NCBI GenBank assembly: GCA_964057225.1
Contig: OZ059898.1
Coordinates: forward strand, 19,158,001-19,222,000
Length of the DNA stretch: 64,000 nucleotides
Source of the DNA: Auanema rhodensis
Lineage: Eukaryota > Animalia > Nematoda
Reading direction: 5' to 3'
Below the pieces are notes generated by a model. It was not told the origin of the DNA. It saw only the letters and a list, made by a program, of their open reading frames with translations, and ran no database searches. Below are positions 1 to 13,100 of this stretch, piece by piece. Each line of letters begins with the position of its first letter. Positions within the stretch are counted from its first letter, which is position 1. Position numbers and translations under genes: made by a program.

Positions 1-11
1 AGATATCAACT

Positions 12-33
12 GATATAAGTTCACACTTATATC
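12..33. other. Dyad symmetry 1 (present in each monomer): 9-bp perfect inverted repeat, 4-nt spacer
   Basis: GATATAAGT-tcac-ACTTATATC. It overlaps a second small IR, ATATCA-ac-TGATAT (3-16). Confidence 0.93.
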
Positions 34-135
34 CTCGATTTTCACCCTGAAGAATTAATTTTTTCGTTGAATAACATTGTCCATCGTCTTTGCCTTGAAA
101 AACGAAATCTGAAAACATCTACTTTTTGCTAAATT

Positions 136-170
136 ATTTTGAAATTTTTCGAAAAAATTTTTGTCAAAAT
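136..170. other. Dyad symmetry 2 (each monomer): imperfect A/T palindrome centred on TTTTTCGAAAAA
   Basis: Perfect 12-bp palindrome at 145-156, flanked by AAA/TTT and by ATTTTGA (136-142) / TCAAAAT (164-170). Confidence 0.85.
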
Positions 171-183
171 GTTTTTGGAAGCA

Positions 184-211
184 ATGTTGAGTGTACATGG
201 AAACTCAACAT
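184..211. other. Dyad symmetry 3 (each monomer): 9-bp perfect inverted repeat, 10-nt spacer
   Basis: ATGTTGAGT-gtacatggaa-ACTCAACAT. An alternative pairing is AGTGTA (190-195) with TACACT (211-216). Confidence 0.93.
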
Positions 212-1697
212 ACACTAATGCATCATTTTTCAAACGTTCATAACTAATTTTTGTATTCAGCGTTTCTCAATGTAGTATAGTGCATTTGATGCGGATTTTT
301 AAGCTGCGTCGATCTGTGTTATCAGATTTGCGCTAGTTTAAAAATGCACCGAGATATCAACTGATATAAGTTCACACTTATATCCTCGATTTTCACCCTG
401 AAGAATTAATTTTTTCGTTGAATAACATTGTCCATCGTCTTTGCCTCGAAAAACGAAATCTGAAAACATCTACTTTTTGCTAAATTATTTTGAAATTTTT
501 CGAAAAAATTTTTGTCAAAATGTTTTTGGAAGCAATGTTGAGTGTACATGGAAACTCAACATACACTAATGCATCATTTTTCAAACGTTCATAACTAATT
601 TTTGTATTAAGCGTTTCTCAATGTAGTATAGTGCATTTGATGCGGATTTTTAAGCTGCGTCGATCTGTGTTATCAGATTTGCGCTAGTTTAAAAATGCAC
701 CGAGACATCAACTGATATAAGTTCACACTTATATCCTCGATTTTCACCCTGAAGAATTAATTTTTTCGTTGAATAACATTGTCCATCGTCTTTGCCTTGA
801 AAACAGGAATCTAAAAACATTTACTTTTTCCTAATTATTCTGAAATTTTTCGAAAAAATTTTTGTCAAAATGTTTTTGGAAGCAATGTTGAGTGTACATG
901 GAAACTCAACATACACTAATGCACAATTTTTCAAACGATCATAACAAATTTTCGTATTAAGCGTTTCTCAATGTAGTATAGTGCATTCGATGCGGATTTT
1001 TAAGCTGCGTCGATCTGTGTTATCAGATTTGCGCTAGCTTAAAAATGCACCGAGACATCAACTGATATAAGTTCACACTTATATCCTCGATTTTCACCCT
1101 GAAGAAATAATTTTTTCGTTGAATAACATTGTCCATCGTCTTTGCCTTGAAAAAAGAAATCTAAAAACATCTACTTTTTGCTAAATTATTTTGAAATTTT
1201 TCGAAAAAATTTTTGTCAAAATGTTTTTGGAAGCAATGTTGAGTGTACATGGAAACTCAACATACACTAATGCATCATTAGTCAAACGATCATAACTAAT
1301 TTTTGTATTAAGCGTTTCTCAATGTAGTATAGTGCATTCGATGCGGATTTTTAAGCTGCGTCGATCTGTGTTATCAGATTTGCGCTAGCCTAAAAATGCA
1401 CCGAGATATCAACTGATATAAGTTCATACTTATATCCTCGATTTTCACCCTGAAGAAATAATTTTTTCGTTGAATAACATTGTCCATCGTCTTTGCCTTG
1501 AAAAAAGGAATCTAAAAACATCTATTTTTTGCTAAATTATTTTGAAATGTTTCGAAAAAATTTTTGTCAAAATGTTTTTGGAAGCAATGTTGAGTGTACA
1601 TGGAAACTCAACATACACTAAAGCATCATTTTTCAAACGATCATAACTAATTTTTGTATTAAGCGTTTCTCAATGTAGTATAGTGCATTCGATGCGG

Positions 1698-1748
1698 ATT
1701 TTTAAGCTGCGTCGATCTGTGTTATCAGATTTGCGCTAGCTTAAAAAT
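1698..1748. other. Dyad symmetry 4 (monomer positions 295-345, shown in a consensus-type copy): 51-nt long hairpin
   Basis: ATTTTTAAGCT-GCG-tcg-ATCTG-tgttat-CAGAT-ttg-CGC-t-AGCTTAAAAAT: 11-bp perfect outer stem plus 3-bp and 5-bp inner stems. Confidence 0.92.
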
Positions 1749-2807
1749 GCACCGAGATATCAACTGATATAAGTTCACACTTATATCCTCGATTTTCACC
1801 CTGAAGAAATAATTTTTTCGTTGAATAACATTGTCCATCGTCTTTGCCTTGAAAAAAGGAATCTAAAAACATCTACTTTTTGCTAAATTATTTTGAAATT
1901 TTTCGAAAAAATTTTTGTCAAAATGTTTTTGGAAGCAATGTTGAGTGTACATGGAAACTCAACATACACTAATGCATCATTTTTCAAACGATCATAACTA
2001 ATTTTTGTATTGAGCGTTTCTCAATGTAGTATAGTGCATTCGATGCGGATTTTTAAGCTGCGTCGATCTGTGTTATCAGATTTGCGCTAGCTTAAAAATG
2101 CACCGAGATATCAACTGATATAAGTTCACACTTATATCCTCGATTTTCACCCTGAAGATTTAATTTTTTCGTTGAATAACATTGTCCATCGTCTTTGCCT
2201 TGAAAAAAGGAATCTAAAAACATCTACTTTTTGCTAAATTATTTCGAAATTTTTCGAAAAAATTTTTGTCAAAATGTTTTTGGAAGCAATGTTGAGTGTA
2301 CATGGAAACTCAACATACACTAATGCATCATTTTTCAAACGATCATAACTAATTTTTGTATTAAGCGTTTCTCAATGTAGTATAGTGCATTCGATGCGGA
2401 TTTTTAAGCTGCGTCGATCTGTGTTATCAGATTTGCGCTAGCTTAAAAATGCACCGAGATATCAACTGATATAAGTTCACACTTATATCCTCGATTTTCA
2501 CCCTGAAGAAATAATTTTTTCGTTGAATAACATTGTCCATCGTCTTTGCCTTGAAAAAAGGAATCTTAAAACATCTACTTTTTGCTAAATTATTCTGAAA
2601 TTTTTCGAAAACATTTTTGTCAAAATGTTTTTGGAAGCAATGTTGAGTGTACATGGAAACTCAACATACACTAATGCATCATTTTTCAAACGATCATAAC
2701 TAATTTTTGTATTAAGCGTTTCTCAATGTAGTATAGTGCATTCGATGCGGATTTTTAAGCTGCGTCGATCTGTGTTATCAGATTTGCGCTAGCTTAAAAA
2801 TGCACCG

Positions 2808-5613
2808 AGATATCAACTGATATAAGTTCACACTTATATCCTCGATTTTCACCCTGAAGAATTAATTTTTTCGTTGAATAACATTGTCCATCGTTTTTGC
2901 CTTGAAAAACGAAATCTGAAAACATCTACTTTTTGCTAAATTATTTTGAAATTTTTCGAAAAAATTTTTGTCAAAATGTTTTTGGAAGCAATGTTGAGTG
3001 TACATGGAAACTCAACATACACTAATGCATCATTTTTCAAACGTTCATAACTAATTTTTGTATTCAGCGTTTCTCAATGTAGTATAGTGCATTTGATGCG
3101 GATTTTTAAGCTGCGTCGATCTGTGTTATCAGATTTGCGCTAGTTTAAAAATGCACCGAGATATCAACTGATATAAGTTCACACTTATATCCTCGATTTT
3201 CACCCTGAAGAATTAATTTTTTCGTTGAATAACATTGTCCATCGTCTTTGCCTTGAAAAACGAAATCTGAAAACATCTACTTTTTGCTAAATTATTTTGA
3301 AATTTTTCGAAAAAATTTTTGTCAAAATGTTTTTGGAAGCAATGTTGAGTGTACATGGAAACTCAACATACACTAATGCATCATTTTTCAAACGTTCATA
3401 ACTAATTTTTGTATTCAGCGTTTCTCAATGTAGTATAGTGCATTTGATGCGGATTTTTAAGCTGCGTCGATCTGTGTTATCAGATTTGCGCTAGTTTAAA
3501 AATGCACCGAGATATCAACTGATATAAGTTCACACTTATATCCTCGATTTTCACCCTGAAGAATTAATTTTTTCGTTGAATAACATTGTCCATCGTCTTT
3601 GCCTTGAAAACAGGAATCTAAAAACATTTACTTTTTCCTAATTATTCTGAAATTTTTCGAAAAAATTTTTGTCAAAATGTTTTTGGAAGCAATGTTGAGT
3701 GTACATGGAAACTCAACATACACTAATGCACAATTTTTCAAACGATCATAACTAATTTTTGTATTAAGCGTTTCTCAATGTAGTATAGTGCATTCGATGC
3801 GGATTTTTAAGCTGCGTCGATCTGTGTTATCAGATTCGCGCTAGCTTAAAAATGCACCGAGATATCAACTGATATAAGTTCACACTTATATCCTCGATTT
3901 TCACCCTGAAGAATTAATTTTTTCGTTGAATAACATTGTCCATCGTCTTTGCCTTGAAAAAAGGAATCTAAAAACATTTACTTTTTGCTAAATTATTCTG
4001 AAATTTTTCGAAAAAATTTTTGTCAAAATGTTTTTGGAAGCAATGTTGAGTGTACATGGAAACTCAACATACACTAATGCATCATTTTTCAAACGATCAT
4101 AACTAATTTTTGTATTAAGCGTTTCTCAATGTAGTATAGTGCATTCGATGCGGATTTTTAAGCTGCGTCGATCTGTGTTATCAGATTTGCGCTAGCTTAA
4201 AAATGCACCGAGATATCAACTGATATAAGTTCACACTTATATCCTTGATTTTCACCCTGAAGAATTAATTTTTTCGTTGAATAACATTGTCCATCGTCTT
4301 TGCCTTGAAAAACGAAATCTGAAAACATCTACTTTTTGCTAAATTATTTTGAAATTTTTCGAAAAAATTTTTGTCAAAATGTTTTTGGAAGCAATGTTGA
4401 GTGTACATGGAAACTCAACATACACTAATGCATCATTTTTCAAACGTTCATAACTAATTTTTGTATTCAGCGTTTCTCAATGTAGTATAGTGCATTTGAT
4501 GCGGATTTTTAAGCTGCGTCGATCTGTGTTATCAGATTTGCGCTAGTTTAAAAATGCACCGAGATATCAACTGATATAAGTTCACACTTATATCCTCGAT
4601 TTTCACCCTGAAGAATTAATTTTTTCGTTGAATAACATTGTCCATCGTCTTTGCCTTGAAAAACGAAATCTGAAAACATCTACTTTTTGCTAAATTATTT
4701 TGAAATTTTTCGAAAAAATTTTTGTCAAAATGTTTTTGGAAGCAATGTTGAGTGTACATGGAAACTCAACATACACTAATGCATCATTTTTCAAACGTTC
4801 ATAACTAATTTTTGTATTCAGCGTTTCTCAATGTAGTATAGTGCATTTGATGCGGATTTTTAAGCTGCGTCGATCTGTGTTATCAGATTTGCGCTAGTTT
4901 AAAAATGCACCGAGATATCAACTGATATAAGTTCACACTTATATCCTCGATTTTCACCCTGAAGAATTAATTTTTTCGTTGAATAACATTGTCCATCGTC
5001 TTTGCCTTGAAAACAGGAATCTAAAAACATTTACTTTTTCCTAATTATTCTGAAATTTTTCGAAAAAATTTTTGTCAAAATGTTTTTGGAAGCAATGTTG
5101 AGTGTACATGGAAACTCAACATACACTAATGCACAATTTTTCAAACGATCATAACTAATTTTTGTATTAAGCGTTTCTCAATGTAGTATAGTGCATTCGA
5201 TGCGGATTTTTAAGCTGCGTCGATCTGTGTTATCAGATTCGCGCTAGCTTAAAAATGCACCGAGATATCAACTGATATAAGTTCACACTTATATCCTCGA
5301 TTTTCACCCTGAAGAATTAATTTTTTCGTTGAATAACATTGTCCATCGTCTTTGCCTTGAAAAAAGGAATCTAAAAACATTTACTTTTTGCTAAATTATT
5401 CTGAAATTTTTCGAAAAAATTTTTGTCAAAATGTTTTTGGAAGCAATGTTGAGTGTACATGGAAACTCAACATACACTAATGCATCATTTTTCAAACGAT
5501 CATAACTAATTTTTGTATTAAGCGTTTCTCAATGTAGTATAGTGCATTCGATGCGGATTTTTAAGCTGCGTCGATCTGTGTTATCAGATTTGCGCTAGCT
5601 TAAAAATGCACCG
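2808..5613. repeat. Tandem duplication of a 4-monomer block (1403 bp x2)
   Basis: The same haplotype order occurs twice. The 350-bp deletion monomer (AAACAGG...TTTTTCCTAATT...GCACAAT) starts at 3510 and 4913. Confidence 0.85.
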
Positions 5614-7368
5614 AGATATCAACTGATATAAGTTCACACTTATATCCTCGATTTTCACCCTGAAGAATTAATTTTTTCGTTGAATAACATTGTCCATCGT
5701 CTTTGCCTTGAAAAAAGGAATCTAAAAACATCTACTTTTTGCTAAATTATTTTGAAATTTTTTGAAAAAATTTTTGTCAAAATGTTTTTGGAAGCAATGT
5801 TGAGTGAACATGGAAACTCGACATACACTAATGCATCATTTTTCAAACAATCATAACTAGTTTTTGTATTAAGCGTTTCTCAATGTAGTATAGTGCATTC
5901 GATGCGGATTTTTAAGCTGCGTCGATCTGTGTTATCAGATTTGCGCTAGCTTAAAAATGCACCGAGATATCAACTGATATAAGTTCACACTTATATCCTC
6001 GATTTTCACCCTGAAGAATTAATTTTTTTGTGGAATAACATTGTCCATCGTCTTTGCCTTGAAAAACGAAATCTGAAAACATCTACTTTTTGCTAAATTA
6101 TTTTGAAATTTTTCGAAAAAATTTTTGTCAAAATGTTTTTGGAAGCAATGTTGAGTGAACATGGAAACTCGACATACACTAATGCATCATTTTTCAAACA
6201 ATCATAACTAATTTTTGTATTAAGCGTTTCTCAATGTAGTATAGTGCATTTGATGCGGATTTTTAAGCTGCGTCGATCTGTGTTATCAGATTTGCGCTAG
6301 TTTAAAAATGCACCGAGATATCAACTGATATAAGTTCACACTTATATCCTCGATTTTCACCCTGAAGAATTAATTTTTTCGTTGAATAACATTGTCCATC
6401 GTCTTTGCCTTGAAAAAAGGAATCTGAAAACATCTACTTTTTGCTAAATTATTTTGAAATTTTTCGAAAAAATTTTTGTCAAAATGTTTTTGGAAGCAAT
6501 GTTGAGTGTACATGGAAACTCAACATACACTAATGCATCATTTTTCAAACGATCATAACTAATTTTTGTATTAAGCGTTTCTCAATGTAGTATAGTGCAT
6601 TCGATGCGGATTTTTAAGCTGCGTCGATCTGTGTTATCAGATTTGCGCTAGCTTAAAAATGCACCGAGATATCAACTGATATAAGTTCACACTTATATCC
6701 TCGATTTTCACCCTGAAGAATTAATTTTTTCGTTGAATAACATTGTCCATCGTCTTTGCCTTGAAAAAAGGAATCTAAAAACATCTACTTTTTGCTAAAT
6801 TATTCTGAAATTTTTTGAAAAAATTTTTGTCAAAATGTTTTTGGAAGCAATGTTGAGTGTACATGGAAACTCAACATACACTAATGCATCATTTTTCAAA
6901 CGATCATAACTAATTTTTGTATTAAGCGTTTCTCAATGTAGTATAGTGCATTCGATGCGGATTTTTAAGCTGCGTCGATCTGTGTTATCAGATTTGCGCT
7001 AGCTTAAAAATGCACCGAGATATCAACTGATATAAGTTCACACTTATATCCTCGATTTTCACCCTGAAGAATTAATTTTTTCGTTGAATAACATTGTCCA
7101 TCGTCTTTGCCTTGAAAAAAGGAATCTAAAAACATTTACTTTTTGCTAAATTATTCTGAAATTTTTCGAAAAAATTTTTGTCAAAATGTTTTTGGAAGCA
7201 ATGTTGAGTGTACATGGAAACTCAACATACACTAATGCATCATTTTTCAAATGTTCATAACTAATTTTTGTATTCAGCGTTTCTCAATGTAGTATAGTGC
7301 ATTTGATGCGGATTTTTAAGCTGCGTCGATCTGTGTTATCAGATTTGCGCTAGTTTAAAAATGCACCG

Positions 7369-10174
7369 AGATATCAACTGATATAAGTTCACACTTATAT
7401 CCTCGATTTTCACCCTGAAGAATTAATTTTTTCGTTGAATAACATTGTCCATCGTCTTTGCCTTGAAAACAGGAATCTAAAAACATTTACTTTTTCCTAA
7501 TTATTCTGAAATTTTTCGAAAAAATTTTTGTCAAAATGTTTTTGGAAGCAATGTTGAGTGTACATGGAAACTCAACATACACTAATGCACAATTTTTCAA
7601 ACGATCATAACTAATTTTTGTATTAAGCGTTTCTCAATGTAGTATAGTGCATTCGATGCGGATTTTTAAGCTGCGTCGATCTGTGTTATCAGATTCGCGC
7701 TAGCTTAAAAATGCACCGAGATATCAACTGATATAAGTTCACACTTATATCCTCGATTTTCACCCTGAAGAATTAATTTTTTCGTTGAATAACATTGTCC
7801 ATCGTCTTTGCCTTGAAAAAAGGAATCTAAAAACATTTACTTTTTGCTAAATTATTCTGAAATTTTTCGAAAAAATTTTTGTCAAAATGTTTTTGGAAGC
7901 AATGTTGAGTGTACATGGAAACTCAACATACACTAATGCATCATTTTTCAAACGATCATAACTAATTTTTGTATTAAGCGTTTCTCAATGTAGTATAGTG
8001 CATTCGATGCGGATTTTTAAGCTGCGTCGATCTGTGTTATCAGATTTGCGCTAGCTTAAAAATGCACCGAGATATCAACTGATATAAGTTCACACTTATA
8101 TCCTCGATTTTCACCCTGAAGAATTAATTTTTTCGTTGAATAACATTGTCCATCGTCTTTGCCTTGAAAAAAGGAATCTAAAAACATCTACTTTTTGCTA
8201 AATTATTTTGAAATTTTTTGAAAAAATTTTTGTCAAAATGTTTTTGGAAGCAATGTTGAGTGAACATGGAAACTCGACATACACTAATGCATCATTTTTC
8301 AAACAATCATAACTAGTTTTTGTATTAAGCGTTTCTCAATGTAGTATAGTGCATTCGATGCGGATTTTTAAGCTGCGTCGATCTGTGTTATCAGATTTGC
8401 GCTAGCTTAAAAATGCACCGAGATATCAACTGATATAAGTTCACACTTATATCCTCGATTTTCACCCTGAAGAATTAATTTTTTTGTGGAATAACATTGT
8501 CCATCGTCTTTGCCTTGAAAAACGAAATCTGAAAACATCTACTTTTTGCTAAATTATTTTGAAATTTTTCGAAAAAATTTTTGTCAAAATGTTTTTGGAA
8601 GCAATGTTGAGTGAACATGGAAACTCGACATACACTAATGCATCATTTTTCAAACAATCATAACTAATTTTTGTATTAAGCGTTTCTCAATGTAGTATAG
8701 TGCATTTGATGCGGATTTTTAAGCTGCGTCGATCTGTGTTATCAGATTTGCGCTAGTTTAAAAATGCACCGAGATATCAACTGATATAAGTTCACACTTA
8801 TATCCTCGATTTTCACCCTGAAGAATTAATTTTTTCGTTGAATAACATTGTCCATCGTCTTTGCCTTGAAAACAGGAATCTAAAAACATTTACTTTTTCC
8901 TAATTATTCTGAAATTTTTCGAAAAAATTTTTGTCAAAATGTTTTTGGAAGCAATGTTGAGTGTACATGGAAACTCAACATACACTAATGCACAATTTTT
9001 CAAACGATCATAACTAATTTTTGTATTAAGCGTTTCTCAATGTAGTATAGTGCATTCGATGCGGATTTTTAAGCTGCGTCGATCTGTGTTATCAGATTCG
9101 CGCTAGCTTAAAAATGCACCGAGATATCAACTGATATAAGTTCACACTTATATCCTCGATTTTCACCCTGAAGAATTAATTTTTTCGTTGAATAACATTG
9201 TCCATCGTCTTTGCCTTGAAAAAAGGAATCTAAAAACATTTACTTTTTGCTAAATTATTCTGAAATTTTTCGAAAAAATTTTTGTCAAAATGTTTTTGGA
9301 AGCAATGTTGAGTGTACATGGAAACTCAACATACACTAATGCATCATTTTTCAAACGATCATAACTAATTTTTGTATTAAGCGTTTCTCAATGTAGTATA
9401 GTGCATTCGATGCGGATTTTTAAGCTGCGTCGATCTGTGTTATCAGATTTGCGCTAGCTTAAAAATGCACCGAGATATCAACTGATATAAGTTCACACTT
9501 ATATCCTCGATTTTCACCCTGAAGAATTAATTTTTTCGTTGAATAACATTGTCCATCGTCTTTGCCTTGAAAAAAGGAATCTAAAAACATCTACTTTTTG
9601 CTAAATTATTTTGAAATTTTTTGAAAAAATTTTTGTCAAAATGTTTTTGGAAGCAATGTTGAGTGAACATGGAAACTCGACATACACTAATGCATCATTT
9701 TTCAAACAATCATAACTAGTTTTTGTATTAAGCGTTTCTCAATGTAGTATAGTGCATTCGATGCGGATTTTTAAGCTGCGTCGATCTGTGTTATCAGATT
9801 TGCGCTAGCTTAAAAATGCACCGAGATATCAACTGATATAAGTTCACACTTATATCCTCGATTTTCACCCTGAAGAATTAATTTTTTTGTGGAATAACAT
9901 TGTCCATCGTCTTTGCCTTGAAAAACGAAATCTGAAAACATCTACTTTTTGCTAAATTATTTTGAAATTTTTCGAAAAAATTTTTGTCAAAATGTTTTTG
10001 GAAGCAATGTTGAGTGAACATGGAAACTCGACATACACTAATGCATCATTTTTCAAACAATCATAACTAATTTTTGTATTAAGCGTTTCTCAATGTAGTA
10101 TAGTGCATTTGATGCGGATTTTTAAGCTGCGTCGATCTGTGTTATCAGATTTGCGCTAGTTTAAAAATGCACCG
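7369..10174. repeat. Tandem duplication of a second 4-monomer block (1403 bp x2), also present at 4913-6315
   Basis: 350-bp monomer at 4913, 7369 and 8772. Rare GTGGAATA marker at 6032, 8488 and 9891. Confidence 0.85.
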
Positions 10175-13100
10175 AGATATCAACTGATATAAGTTCACAC
10201 TTATATCCTCGATTTTCACCCTGAAGAATTAATTTTTTCGTTGAATAACATTGTCCATCGTCTTTGCCTTGAAAAAAGGAATCTGAAAACATCTACTTTT
10301 TGCTAAATTATTTTGAAATTTTTCGAAAAAATTTTTGTCAAAATGTTTTTGGAAGCAATGTTGAGTGTACATGGAAACTCAACATACACTAATGCATCAT
10401 TTTTCAAACGATCATAACTAATTTTTGTATTAAGCGTTTCTCAATGTAGTATAGTGCATTCGATGCGGATTTTTAAGCTGCGTCGATCTGTGTTATCAGA
10501 TTTGCGCTAGCTTAAAAATGCACCGAGATATCAACTGATATAAGTTCACACTTATATCCTCGATTTTCACCCTGAAGAATTAATTTTTTCGTTGAATAAC
10601 ATTGTCCATCGTCTTTGCCTTGAAAAAAGGAATCTAAAAACATCTACTTTTTGCTAAATTATTCTGAAATTTTTTGAAAAAATTTTTGTCAAAATGTTTT
10701 TGGAAGCAATGTTGAGTGTACATGGAAACTCAACATACACTAATGCATCATTTTTCAAACGATCATAACTAATTTTTGTATTAAGCGTTTCTCAATGTAG
10801 TATAGTGCATTCGATGCGGATTTTTAAGCTGCGTCGATCTGTGTTATCAGATTTGCGCTAGCTTAAAAATGCACCGAGATATCAACTGATATAAGTTCAC
10901 ACTTATATCCTCGATTTTCACCCTGAAGAATTAATTTTTTCGTTGAATAACATTGTCCATCGTCTTTGCCTTGAAAAACGAAATCTGAAAACATCTACTT
11001 TTTGCTAAATTATTCTGAAATTTTTCGAAAAAATTTTTGTCAAAATGTTTTTGGAAGCAATGTTGAGTGTACATGGAAACTCAACATACACTAATGCATC
11101 ATTTTTCAAACGATCATAACTAATTTTTGTATTAAGCGTTTCTCAATGTAGTATAGTGCATTCGATGCGGATTTTTAAGCTGCGTCGATCTGTGTTATCA
11201 GATTTGCGCTAGCTTAAAAATGCACCGAGATATCAACTGATATAAGTTCACACTTATATCCTCGATTTTCACCCTGAAGAATTAATTTTTTCGTTGAATA
11301 ACATTGTCCATCGTCTTTGCCTTGAAAAAAGGAATCTGAAAACATCTACTTTTTGCTAAATTATTTTGAAATTTTTCGAAAAAATTTTTGTCAAAATGTT
11401 TTTGGAAGCAATGTTGAGTGTACATGGAAACTCAACATACACTAATGCATCATTTTTCAAACGATCATAACTAATTTTTGTATTAAGCGTTTCTCAATGT
11501 AGTATAGTGCATTCGATGCGGATTTTTAAGCTGCGTCGATCTGTGTTATCAGATTTGCGCTAGCTTAAAAATGCACCGAGATATCAACTGATATAAGTTC
11601 ACACTTATATCCTCGATTTTCACCCTGAAGAATTAATTTTTTCGTTGAATAACATTGTCCATCGTCTTTGCCTTGAAAAAAGGAATCTAAAAACATCTAC
11701 TTTTTGCTAAATTATTCTGAAATTTTTTGAAAAAATTTTTGTCAAAATGTTTTTGGAAGCAATGTTGAGTGTACATGGAAACTCAACATACACTAATGCA
11801 TCATTTTTCAAACGATCATAACTAATTTTTGTATTAAGCGTTTCTCAATGTAGTATAGTGCATTCGATGCGGATTTTTAAGCTGCGTCGATCTGTGTTAT
11901 CAGATTTGCGCTAGCTTAAAAATGCACCGAGATATCAACTGATATAAGTTCACACTTATATCCTCGATTTTCACCCTGAAGAATTAATTTTTTCGTTGAA
12001 TAACATTGTCCATCGTCTTTGCCTTGAAAAAAGGAATCTAAAAACATCTACTTTTTGCTAAATTATTCTGAAATTTTTCGAAAAAATTTTTGTCAAAATG
12101 TTTTTGGAAGCAATGTTGAGTGAACATGGAAACTCGACATACACTAATGCATCATTTTTCAAACAATCATAACTAGTTTTTGTATTAAGCGTTTCTCAAT
12201 GTAGTATAGTGCATTCGATGCGGATTTTTAAGCTGCGTCGATCTGTGTTATCAGATTTGCGCTAGCTTAAAAATGCACTGAGATATCAACTGATATAAGT
12301 TCACACTTATATCCTCGATTTTCACCCTGAAGAATTAATTTTTTCGTTGAATAACATTGTCCATCGTCTTTGCCTTGAAAAACGAAATCTGAAAACATCT
12401 ACTTTTTGCTAAATTATTCTGAAATTTTTCGAAAAAATTTTTGTCAAAATGTTTTTGGAAGCAATGTTGAGTGTACATGGAAACTCAACATACACTAATG
12501 CATCATTTTTCAAACGATCATAACTAATTTTTGTATTAAGCGTTTCTCAATGTAGTATAGTGCATTCGATGCGGATTTTTAAGCTGCGTCGATCTGTGTT
12601 ATCAGATTTGCGCTAGCTTAAAAATGCACCGAGATATCAACTGATATAAGTTCACACTTATATCCTCGATTTTCACCCTGAAGAATTAATTTTTTCGTTG
12701 AATAACATTGTCCATCGTCTTTGCCTTGAAAAAAGGAATCTAAAAACATCTACTTTTTGCTAAATTATTCTGAAATTTTTTGAAAAAATTTTTGTCAAAA
12801 TGTTTTTGGAAGCAATGTTGAGTGTACATGGAAACTCAACATACACTAATGCATCATTTTTCAAACGATCATAACTAATTTTTGTATTAAGCGTTTCTCA
12901 ATGTAATATAGTGCATTCGATGCGGATTTTTAAGCTGCGTCGATCTGTGTTATCAGATTTGCGCTAGCTTAAAAATGCACCGAGATATCAACTGATATAA
13001 GTTCACACTTATATCCTCGATTTTCACCCTGAAGAATTAATTTTTTCGTTGAATAACATTGTCCATCGTCTTTGCCTTGAAAAACGAAATCTGAAAACAT

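Larger units (their letters stand above)
1..351. repeat. Representative satellite monomer (arbitrary phase)
   Basis: Identical phase resumes at 352. Contains EcoRV (GATATC, 2-7), BstBI (TTCGAA, 148-153) and BsrGI (TGTACA, 192-197) sites, plus many A4-6/T4-6 tracts. Confidence 0.98.

Noticed and set aside
62-78. CENP-B box-like TTTCGTTGAATAACATT
   Set aside because: It matches only the TTCG half and lacks the essential CGGG.
47-110. Hammerhead ribozyme (CTGAAGA fits CUGANGA, with GAAA downstream; satellite-borne hammerheads are known in newts, schistosomes and cave crickets)
   Set aside because: No helix II between CUGAAGA and any GAAA, no partner strand for the upstream UUCACC (helix I), and no CUGANGA on the minus strand. 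An Infernal search with Rfam hammerhead models on a dimer would be decisive.
184-345. Covariation supporting a conserved RNA structure
   Set aside because: Two common stem alleles (A207G, C337T) would be G-U compatible on a plus-strand RNA, but others (T139C, T185G, T339A) break pairs, and no compensatory double change was seen.
1-351. Tandem RNA gene cluster (5S rRNA, tRNA, snRNA, SL RNA)
   Set aside because: No recognisable conserved sequence, cloverleaf or Pol III internal promoter, and frequent T runs. Not formally excluded without cmscan.
1-351. Assignment to a named satellite (Drosophila 1.688/359 bp, Tribolium TCAST1, Pimelia PIM357)
   Set aside because: Only size and AT content are similar; I cannot recognise sequence identity without a search.
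2427-2654. 75-aa minus-strand ORF (MYTQHCF...)
   Set aside because: It lies entirely in satellite sequence and is open only because two SNPs (2567 and 2511) remove the TAG and TAA stops found in the major haplotype. It is F/K-rich from A/T tracts, has no recognisable domain, and is the only such ORF among 182 copies.
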